A stretch of DNA of 63,997 bases, the filler included, from Ionaspis alba (Eukaryota), in NCBI GenBank assembly GCA_964255285.1. It is 3 parts of 3 records of this genome, joined end to end, with 100 filler letters (N's around TTAATTAATTAA, not from the genome) between each part and the next. Parts side by side here need not be neighbours in the genome. Positions count along the whole stretch, not along the records: positions 45,916 to 63,997 come from CAXUUL010000298.1; 2 more parts are not named here. The stretch is one strand, 5' to 3'. Positions 50,166-61,017 of this stretch are shown here, one piece after another. Positions within the stretch are counted from its first letter, which is position 1, and each line of letters starts with the position of its first letter. A model generated the notes under the pieces. That model did no database searches. It was given only the letters and a program-made list of their open reading frames with translations, and was not told where the DNA came from. The position numbers and the translations under genes were made by a program.

Positions 50166-52828
50166 ATGGAGCCTCCACCTAGACCGACGTCCAGCTCTCT
50201 CTTCCAGGTCTACCTTCGTCTGCGCCCACCGCCCTTTCCTGCTCAGATCACCCAGCAAACACAACAATCACTCTATCCCCAGCTTACTCCTCCAGAACGC
50301 TTCCTTACAGTCGAAGCTCAATCAAGAGATACACCTGATAGCCTGCCGACGCATATCACACTGTATCCACCCAGTGACTCAAGGAAACGAGCTGTGGAAA
50401 AGTTCGCCTTCACGAAGGTGTTCGAGGAAGAGGCGACGCAACTAGAGATCTTCAAAGGCACAGGAGTAGTGCCTCTTGTTGAAGGCGTGATCGGCGAAGG
50501 AAGAGATGGTTTGCTTGCAACACTTGGAGTTACAGGATCTGGCAAAGTGGGAATCAAAATTGTAGATATCGGGCAAGACTGATAGATTATGCAGAGTCAT
50601 ACAATACTCGGCTCGAAGTCGCAGCGAGGATTGACCCAGCTCTCACTGGATCTGCTGTTTCGATCTCTCGATGGACAAACCTTGCATCCCACCGAAAGTC
50701 CCTCCCTTACATCATCGCTTGTTGTGGCAGACACTTCGGAAGCCCAGATTCTTCCTGCATCGGGGTTTCTAGATGGAATATATGGTGAATACATACAAGA
50801 GCGCAGCAACTCAAGAGCTCCGACACCAATGATGGTAGGCAAGAAAGAATTTTCTTCAGTCAAGCAGAAAGATCACGGCGGTCTGTGGAGTCAATGGTCC
50901 ATATTGGGTCTCAATACTGGGTCTTCACATGGAGCAATAGACCACAAAAAAGATCGCATGACCAGTACTTTAGAAAAAGTCGAAATGAAAGACGGGGTCA
51001 AAGAAAAATATTTGTCGCCTTCAAGACTTCCCTTTTGGAATACTTCAAGAGTAACAAGAACGAAAGCTAAATTACGCTTCGGCAACTTACTACAGGACAA
51101 CAGCTTTATACCAAGCATGCCCAAACGCAATGCTCCGCAAAGACCATCTGCACTCCCTCAAATACCCGACGTCAGCGAGTTCACCGTCTCCTCCATTCCG
51201 AACACCGACTACGCTATTCTCATCTCCATGTACGAGGTCTACAACGACAGAATATTCGATCTACTGTCACATCCTCGAAACCTGAAGGATCTTCGCCGAA
51301 GACCACTCCTCTTCAAGTCCACCGAAGGATCGCCAGATCGAAAGGTGGTTGCTGGGCTAAGGAAGATTGTTTGCGGAAGCTATGAAGAAGCCCTTATGGT
51401 ACTTGAGACAGGACTGACCGAGCGAAGAGTGGCGGGTACGGGAAGCAATAGCGTAAGCTCACGAAGTCATGGCTTCTTCTGTGTCGAGGTCAAGAAGCGG
51501 CCGAAAGGGGGTATGTCAAGTGCATGGACTGGTGCACAGCTCACAGTTGTAGATCTAGCAGGTATGTAGCACTGAGTATCTTGTGACAGTCTTTAGCTGA
51601 CCATCTATTTTTCAGGATCCGAGAGAGCAAGAAACGCCAAAACAGCTGGAGCAACACTCGCGGAAGCTGGTAAGATCAATGAAAGTCTGATGTACTTGGG
51701 GCAGTGCCTGCAAATGCAAAGTGACTGCAACGATGGTGTAAAGGTATGCAGAGATTGTCTATAGAATCCATAAAGGAATACTGACATCGCTGAGCCATCC
51801 ATCGTTCCCTTCCGGCAATGCAAGTTGACAGAGCTGCTCTTCTCGAACTCTTTCCCATCCTCTTATCACAGCACCACACATGGAACTCACCACCATCGTA
51901 ATGCGCAGAAAGCAGTTATGATCGTAACGGCTGATCCAGTCGGAGACTTCAACGCCACCTCACAGATCCTACGTTACTCGGCTCTTGCCAGGGAAGTAAC
52001 AGTCCCCAGGATACCCTCCGTGACCAGTACAATATTTTCTGGAAACACTGGCATCACTGGAAGCAACAAGCACCACATCACTCACAGTCGACCCACCACA
52101 CCAGAAGACAGAAGAGCAGATCTTGAGGCTGCAGCTGTGGAGATTGTGAAGTTGGGTGATGAAGTAGAGATCTTGGCTTTGCGCCTGGCAGAGGAGCAAG
52201 CCAGGCGGAGGGAGGCAGAAGAAGGCTGGCAACTCGCAGAAGAGACAGCAGAAGAGACAGAGAGGAACGTGCGAGAGGAGTGTTGGGGCGAGATGGAAAG
52301 GAGACTCGAGGAGGAAAGGAGAAGGTGGATGGGAGCGTGGAGTGAAGAGGTAAATGCGGGCGTGTGAGCTCTATTGCCATTTTGCTGACGACTTTCCAGG
52401 CAGATCGAAATGACGAGCACCTGGACCGCAAGCTGGAGATCTTATCTCGAGGAATCCAAAGTAGGTCGATGTAATCGATCGATCAGCCAAACACAGCTGA
52501 CTCAGAAATAGTCCACGAAGACGTGCCCGAGTCAAGCATCGAACGCATCGCAGAACTTGAGGACGAAAACGCAGCCCTTCATCGCAAGATAGCAGCACTC
52601 GAACGAGAAATGCAATGCCGCTCGCCGACGAAGACGTCAAGAGTCAAGCCAATACCGGCAACGAACCAGGAAGATGTAGAATTGGAAGCTGCAACTTTGC
52701 AGATGAAAGACACCAACATCAACGAGCCTGTTGCTCCTGCTAAGGCACCTGGCAGGAAGATCCGCAAGCTCACTCCGAGGACTCGAATTGTAGGGAATGA
52801 GAATGATGACTTGTTTGGGACTCCTTGA
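50166..52828 (+). CDS. Kinesin motor protein, probably kinesin-6 (Klp9/MKLP-like)
   Basis: VYLRLRP, P-loop GVTGSGK/SHT, switch I NSVSSRSH, VVDLAGSER, INESL and VPFRQCKLTELL. Long insertion after the P-loop and a coiled-coil tail. Several introns. Confidence 0.88.
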
Positions 52829-53299
52829 TGATACACCTAGCATTTGGGCGGTCGCGTCAATTTGTTACCTAGATCCGCTGGGAACTTGCGATGTGTAGAG
52901 AAACTGTGGTGGCGTTGGTGATTTTTTTGATACCACGGCGGGATTGTTCTTTTAAATATTTACGTCCAAGGATTTGGGCCGCGCAGGGATTCATCTCGAT
53001 ACTGCAACGGATTTTGTCAAGACTCCCTGTTGATAAAGCGAAGCCTGTTGTGCAGCCATCTTCGCTCCTTAAACCTCTTACCTCCCTTCGGCCCAGTAGT
53101 GTAATGCAAAGTGGCCTTGGGATATTTCGAGTGATCGCCGCTCGCTTTCAGGCTATATAATTCAATGCTCCTCGCTCGAACATTACGAGCCCATTCCAGC
53201 CTCAAGCAAGCCTTGCTGATCATCAAACCACAACCTCGGATTCTGTTATACCTGCCACTTTTTCCTCGGCCCAGCTCGAAACTACCCCAATCACGTACG

Positions 53300-53770
53300 A
53301 TGATGCAGACTAATTTAGCTGCCAAAGATAGTGGAATTCCGGACGATGACCCGCCTCCATACTCCGCCGAGTCCGCCTCGGCTGACATCCCGCACTCGCA
53401 ATCCATTTCCAGCAACAGCAGTACCGAGCTCTCGGGTCCGCTGATCATAGACGGCTCGATCAAGTGCAATGGCAGCTTATATCTCAATGGCATGATTCAG
53501 GTCGTGGGTCTGGTGAAGGTCAATGGGTCTGTAAATATCGCAGGCAATGTGACGGTCAAGTAAGCTTCGTTGTGTAAGGACCGGGAAAACTACTACGCTC
53601 ATTATGGCAGGGACAATATGACTGTTCATGGCTCCGTCCATGTTGATCAAGGAAATATTCACGTCATGCAGGATCTTAAGGTGAATGGGTCGGTGAATCT
53701 GAGTAGTGGGACTAGATTCACGATTGGGGGGACAAGGAAGATTAATGGGTCATGGAATGGTCCTGTATAG
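53300..53770 (+). CDS. 139-aa hexapeptide-repeat (bactofilin-like beta-helix) protein with N-terminal PPPY motif
   Basis: Intron GTAAGC 53560 to CAG 53610 joins two ORFs in frame (420 nt spliced). About 14 [VIL]xGx[VIL]x repeats. Confidence 0.75.
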
Positions 53771-55026
53771 GAGGCTGTGAATTCGCAGGGAGAGCTATAT
53801 TGAGATATATCTTTTAGGACTCTTTTTTGGTCTCGATTTTGGATGTGGAAAGGAGCAAATGGTGAATATCGGAAAGATTCCTGTATGCTAGTGTCGCAGT
53901 TAAGGGCATCGAGAGCGGGGTGCCTCTTTGTATACAGAAATGCCTTGCACCGCCATGCTTTGACCATCCAAGTGGATGTTCTTCCCACTTGCAGCAACGA
54001 GTGTATGATTAGGGTTACTATTTGGAGATAGTCGCCCAGATACTTCGGCAAGGTTTACACTCACGCTAAGCACGACGGCGCCTCTCCTGATTTGGCTTAA
54101 CTTCCGAGCTTCAGCCTTAAACATATTGCAACATGTCGACTTTCACACGCGGCCTAAGGGTGGCTTGAGCGTATCGATGCGACTCTGATGCCGTGCTTCT
54201 GGAGCTTGCTGCGAGGAAACGGCATGTTGGTATACGTTTGTACCAAAATCGACTGGAGGCTGTCTTCACAGGATCCTGGATGTTTGGAACCGGCATTCAG
54301 AAGGTCTGTGGCCGGGCGGTATCTATGAGCAGGGTTTTCCGGACATCTTCACGCGGATATTGTTGTCGCTGAAATTTACTTGCAAAACAAGTAAGAATCT
54401 TGATAATTTTCGTCCTGATGCATCGTGGCTAGAGAGACAGCAACCACAACGAACAGCCTCTTATTGCAGTGCGGAGAGCGAGTTCCTTCAAGGAAGCGGC
54501 CTCGGTCCAAGTATATTTTGTTGGCGAGACAATATCTCGTACTGTTTCGTCCTAATTGAAATGCTGCATCTACCTAATTTTACTATGCTATGGCGGTCTT
54601 CCTGGCAGTTTGCTCTGTACCAAGCATGCACTTGGTGAGTTCCTGTGTCGCTCACGCGGCTCTACTGCTTGAGGTACACTGTCCTTCTTTTGACGTCTAC
54701 CAAGAAATCGTCGAAGTTTTACAGCGTGGTCGAGTGCCAGGAGAAGATCTCGACACAAATGCTTCATTAAATCTGCGTCTTGGCTGAGCACATACCACCA
54801 AACAATCTTCTTTCGAATTCTGGCCCGCGTGGCGCGGCGAAGCTGTCTTGATTTACGCCGTAGCATTGGTTTCTACACACCCTTCTGTACCTGCAGATTC
54901 CGGATGAGATGGCCTGTCTCAGTGACGCAACCCAGTCGATCATCTTTCTCCACTGATCTTCCGAGTCTCTTTTTCTGTGAATATGATCTTGTTCCAATAA
55001 GATACTTCCATTCTTCGTGTAGCAAC

Positions 55027-56224
55027 ATGCTATCCCCTATTACGTTCTATAGGCGCTATGATGTTCTTGTTCTCCTCTGCATCATAGTTCTCGTCTACCA
55101 TGTCGCCTACTTCCTCCCAGCCTCACACTCCTATACCATTCCCCACATTCGGCATACGGTCTGCCACATTGGCCACAACAGGCACGTCAAGCAGGACTTG
55201 AGTGCCATGAATGCTACTCTTGGGGTACGATGATCCCTGGATATTGATCTGAAATACCTTCATTGACTCGGTGCCAAGTTCCAGAAAATCGTCGCTATCT
55301 CTTCTGAAAATCCCACGGCAGGAGATGCCTGGCGTCGACGAGGCCTTATGCAAGCAGCCATTCGGACGGGGTTACACATCGACATCCAGTCGCAGCCTGA
55401 CATTAACTCCGAGGAACTTCACACTCTTCTTGAAGGGCCAGGAGACGACGACAGACATCCAAGCGTGGGCCAAGCCTTAGCTTGGCTTGCCCACCTGCAC
55501 GCCATTCAAGAGTACTTTCTCAATCCCCAATCCCAGCTTTCCCATAGCTAAGGATCCTTCTTTTAGTGTGATCGACACCTCGACCACCAGCGCTCTGATT
55601 CTCGAAGACGACGCTGACTGGGACGTCAACATTCACTCTCAAATCCTGCCAATCGCCTCCGCAATCCGCAGCATCACTAACACCACAGCCTCGCCCATCA
55701 CCTATCCCTATGGCGCTGACTGGGACATCCTCTGGCTAGGCCATTGCGGCGACATCTACGACACCACCCTGCCCTCAAACATCGCTTTCCACGACCAGAC
55801 GGTCCTGCCCTCGCCCTCGCTAAAAAGCGTGTGGCTAAACTATCCTTACGCCACCTATCCCAACTACACACGCAACGTTCACTATTCCCAAGGCGCCATG
55901 TGCACTTTCGGCTACGCCGTGACTCTTACCGGCGCACGCAAAATTCAGGACTTAGCAAGCTCTTCGGGCGAGGCGTACGATGTCAAGCTTAACCATCTCT
56001 GTGTCAAGAAGGAGCTGGTCTGTATGAGTGTGGTGCCTGAGCTGGTGCACCACCAGCGGATGGAGGGCGCGAAGTCGTTAAGTAGCGGTGGAAGTGAGAG
56101 GTTGGGGACGAGGAGGTGGACGCATAATATTAGACATAGTGCGAGGTGCAATTGGGATAGGAGGGACGATGACTTGGTTACTTGTGCTCCGAATAGTGAA
56201 GAGTGGGAAGCATATTCGAGTTGA
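55027..56224 (+). CDS. Glycosyltransferase family 25 protein, type II membrane anchor
   Basis: N-terminal TM segment, NATLGFQKI, SALILEDDADWD, WDILWLGHC and CTFGYAVT. Introns 55225-55278 and ~55512-55566. Confidence 0.87.
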
Positions 56225-58342
56225 GCTGTATACCCTTATGAATGGGCTCAAGTGTAAGCTACAGGTAGTGAGGTGTGGCAAATGCTCTTGGGTGAATGGT
56301 ATGGGTACTGTTCAGAATTTGGGTGTATCCTATTGCATATAAAAGTACATAGCAATATGCAAGTGCTCGAGCTGACTCAACAACATAGGCGTTCACTGTG
56401 CATAGAGTATAGTGTCTTGACTGTGCTCCATATGTGATTGCACTCTTTAGTCACTGGATGGTAGGTTCAATACGTTCCTGCCACAGACTACCATTTGACA
56501 GGGAAGGAGAGCTGAATTAAGTATCTTTGCATGCACAACGCCCATGAAGAGACATTGTCTCGGAATGGGCTTTAAAGGCCGCTATTGTTGGAAATAGGGG
56601 CTCAAGGGGGGATCATGTGACCACACCAGTGATTTAATATAACACACTCTCGCTTAGACTAGTATTAAATCAGCTTGGAATACTAGACCATGAGGTAATC
56701 TAAGGCATGTTCCATGGCGAGTGCTTTGCGTTCCAGAGGACAACCAGTCGTATCTAAAAAATTGTATTCATCAAAGTTTATCATGCTCAAACAAAAAACA
56801 GATACCGGCATTATGTAGCTCTGTACTGTAAGAAAGACGTGTCGCACGGTCGAAAGGAAGGAGCACGCCTTCAAGGAATGGACCTTGGGGTCGATGCTGC
56901 ACTTTAACCATGGGTACATAGCCCTTCCCAGTCCGTGAAGCACTCTTTTATTGTACATAGGATACTGACTCGGGTCAGTCCTCAGACGACGCCCTTCCAA
57001 CTGTTTCAGATTGCTTTTCTATTTTTCGGCGGAGAGTTCGGTCCGACCGCTGTTCTTCGGATATCTTCTCTTCCGTGGTCTTGTATTCGCGTTTGTTGAG
57101 CACGATGTCTTTATCGGGATCATCAACGTCCTTGTGTCCTGAATTGGTTGCCCAGGATCCATTGGTCCGGGCAAGGGATGTCGAGGAAGTCCCAAAGCTC
57201 CACGGAAAACATCTATGTTTTAAATTTTCCAATGAACGTGTCAATCTCAAATTGGGGGTTTGGCAGTGCCTGGCGCACAGTCGCTTCTATGAGAAATCAC
57301 ATAGCACCCTGTCTGACCAACAGATTCCCTCGCTTAATTAAATCATGGCTTTTGCTGCAGACGCACGACGAAGGAAATTATGAAAAATGTCGATTGTCGA
57401 CTAGGTGGTATTCTTGTTCCGTTCGATGCTTAATACCGGGATCTTGGTTTCGTTATGTAGGTACACCACCTTTTTTTTTCCTGTAAAGAGGATGATTCGG
57501 CAGCAATGTCGATCTCTCTAATTTCAGTGTTGATTTCAGCCGACTTCGTGGCCGCCCTTTTCTTAGCTAATACCCTGCCTCGTTCCACCGCGTCTGTGGC
57601 TCCTGCTTCAAGTTGTTCTACCAGGCCATGCAGGTCCCCTCGGCCGACTTTTACCCAGGATCAAGAGAGGTTCGAGGTATTTGCTAATAACGCGACTAAC
57701 AGAATGGAACGACTTGTTTAGATATATCAAGGGTTTGTCCGACCTCGTTTTGTCCTCCAATAGTTGCCAGCTTTATGCTTGGATATTCTGTTAGAGATCT
57801 TTCATTCTATTGGCTCGTACCTGGCAGCAGTTGCGAAATATGAGTGGTTCGGCACCGTTATGTTTGCCTAATGAAGAGGGCGAAGACATTTGCCTCATAT
57901 ATAGAAATATTCGATCACAGATAGAATTCAGCTAGGGGAGGGAGTCAAAGAATGCGACACTATGAAAGTCATTACATTTGTTGAGTCACAACTACGCAAA
58001 CCATCCATAGGGGGGGTGGTCTCTTGTAGTGTGTAACTCTGAGGCTTGATTGTAGGCTAAAAAGGGTACTATATACAAGCGCTAGTCACGTGCACTAGCG
58101 TAGCTTAGCCCCTTGGCAATCCTTGGCCTGAGTCCCTGCCCTAACAACATTCTCAAAGAAGTGAAACTGCTAATAAGACTTGATTAGGTAACGGAAGGCT
58201 ATGTCCATGTATAGAAGGACAGAAAGCAAGTGCCGGACCGCGTTATCGAACCCATTGACGACAAACACCAACGCTATGCAGATTGATCATCAAAAATGAC
58301 TACCGTGATAACCTTCGCCGATATCAAGAATCACCAAACCTA

Positions 58343-61017
58343 TCATAAGAAGCTGACAACAGCTGCAACAACCACCAGCGCCACACCCACCCCTGTAACT
58401 CTATTCATCGTTGCCCCACTAGACGGAGTCGTCGTTGCCGTCGTCGTAGTAGGCGGCGCCGTCCCTGAAATCGTAACATTCCCGGTATTCCCACTCCCAC
58501 TCCCACTCAGACTTGACGGATCTCCTGTGCTCCCCTCTACGCAAAGGGAATTCCCCTTGCCCCACGCAGCATCCGCCGCCACGCGCCAAACCTCGGAAAT
58601 GTCATTGATCATCTTGGGCGTGTACCAAAGGCGGCAGTCGGCAGCTTCGTAGACAAATTGGAGTGGCGTGAGAGACCCGTCGCCAGAGCGAATGTTGTTT
58701 TTCAGATTCCCTGAGGCAGCGACGGTGCGGTTGAGAGCGTAGAGGGAAAGGTTCTCTAGCGTTGTGCCGGTGAGATTGGCGGAGACGTACTGGGATCTGT
58801 AAGTAAGGCTGTGTGACAATAGAGGTGAGCGTTGTGGACTTACATCCTGCAGTTGTTGTTCTAAGCCGGACCCTGTACTGTTAAAGATGTCGATACCGGC
58901 GGCTAGGGCAACGTCGATGAGGAGAAGCTGCCATGAATATACTTGTGCGCCTTTACTCCCGCCAACGGCCTGCATAGGTCCTTTTTGAGGCCGACCGCCG
59001 AAAGTATATGATTTGACCTTTGCTTGGGTCTTCATGAACTCGGCGAAGAGCGTGCACGTCGAAGTACAGAAACCATCAGTGAGCATGATGATGTTCTCGG
59101 CTTTGAAAGGGGGTTCTTTGGCGAGGAGATCGGTTCTGTTGCCGTAGCCGGTGATGTTGATGAAGGGAGAACCGTATAGAGACTGGTAAGGGTCGCTTAG
59201 ATTCATCCGGACCAAGGAAGTAAAGTTGTCATTGTTGACTTGCTGAGGTCCATAAAGCTCGCTCCACGACGAGTAGGCAGTTCCGTCTGGCTTCAGATAG
59301 TTGTATGCATCAAGACCGTCTGCTGTACTAATGGCCCGAACCTCGGAAGCGGTGCGGCCTTTGGCAGACGTTGAAGCTAGGTGCTGGAAACGGTCCGTGA
59401 CGGCTTGGCCAATGACATCCAGTCCCGAATGAGCGCGATAATTGGCTGCACCATATGGCTCCAGGTTGGGGAATAATTGACGGAACACCTCATAACCCAG
59501 ATCGATGAGACCTCCAGGATTGGCTTGCAGATCAATAACCAATTTTGTTTTCCCAGCAGCCGTTGCATTCGCCAAAAATATCTCAAGCACAGATTGAAAC
59601 TCTACCCCCGCTCTGGTACCAGTGGTTGAGAATGAAGGTATCGACAGAACAGCAACATCCTTGGATCCGGTATCGTTGAGGTAGTAGCCTCCAATAGTGT
59701 ATTTAGAATGCATCACCTCTGGTTTTGGATATGCTGGAGCAAATTCTCTTGAAGTAGTGTTTAGAGTTAGTGGACTAGAGGTCGAAAGTGGAGCCTTTCG
59801 CGTTGGACCGCAGAATTTTTTGTAAAAGGATGCTCCATCAACGACACCCCGGAAGCTGTTGGCAACCACAATGGCCTTGTTAGGGAATGCACGTTCTGTT
59901 CCGTTCGCGAACTTAAATACATTGGCTTCTCCTGGGTACCTGAACCTTGGAGGCGTGTACCTGTTTTTGTTGATCGGAACCTGCGCAATCTCGTAAAAGT
60001 TTGTGTTGTACAAAGCATCGAGATCTTGGAACTTGTTGTCTAGAGAGAGTTCTTTGAGCGCAGACACAATATCTTTCCCGTCTATGGTTGATACTGGTGA
60101 CGGAGTGTAGGGTATGGTTTCGTTTCCAGAGCTCTGGCGACGAATATCCTCTGCAGACAAGAAAAGTATTAGCAGTTGAACTACAAAAATCAAAGCTCAA
60201 GACTTGTGGAAGCTCGAGGTAAAAATTTGGTAGGTACGCAAATGATTGAGCAGGAAAACAACCATGCGGCAAGCTTGTTGTAACGGCGGAGGTTCGGAAG
60301 AAGGGATCCCGCCTCGGCACCTCGAACGCGCAACTGAATCGGCTTACCTAGAACATATACAGAGGGCAAGGCTTTCCCATCTTCAGAGACCGATACCAAC
60401 TTCCAGCCCACTTGATAGACAATTGCGGCACTAAGGACATCCCCTTGCCAACTCAGATGGCCATCGTGAGCGCTTGTGATCAAATTCCATAGATCCATTT
60501 GGAAGGCATGCTCGCCAGGATAAACATCTTTTGTAACATTCTCCCTTATCTTTTGGATGCCCTCGAAAATGTCGACTGGAGGAAACTGATAGCCTTTGGG
60601 TGGGTTCTTAAGGAATGCCAAAGTCGACTGAAATTGTAGATACGGTAGCATTCCATCAAGCAGTTTGAGAGCGTCATCCTTCACAATTGGTACGGACTTC
60701 AGACAATCACGGGCAACCTTGATAGGGACGACTGGAGGTGCAGTTGCTAGGGAGTCTTAGCAGGCTTTCTTATCATAAAAATGCAGGTTCATACCTCTAG
60801 CATGTCGCGATATCGAGCTGATTGATGCACAAGCTGAACCAGCTTCCACCGCTGTTGGAGCATCCGTTGGCGATGTATCAAAGTCCGTCGACGAAGCAAC
60901 AACTGCAGTTGAAGTTGGAAAACCGCCCGTGTAGATAGTATATGAGTCAGTAGAGCTGTATTGCGCCCAAGAGACAGACCACAACGCAACAGTCGCCAAT
61001 AGCTGAGAGACACGCAT
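58343..61017 (-). CDS. Secreted, probably GPI-anchored peptidase S41 family protein
   Basis: Signal peptide MRVSQLLATVALWSVSWA, FQSTLAFLKNPP, HDGH, VIDLQANPGG, TDGFCTSTC, GGRPQKGPMQAVGG and FVYEAADCRLWYT. Thr/Ser stalk and hydrophobic C-terminus. Introns near 60795-60749, 60347-60151 and 58843-58790. Confidence 0.9.

Noticed and set aside
43325..53770. Apparent clustering of amyloid or beta-solenoid genes (Sup35 and the bactofilin-like gene)
   Set aside because: They are separated by an artificial linker and are not shown to be physically linked.
56683..57721. Short ORFs between the GT25 and S41 peptidase genes
   Set aside because: No motif, consistent frame or splice pattern was recognised, so no gene or pseudogene call is supported.
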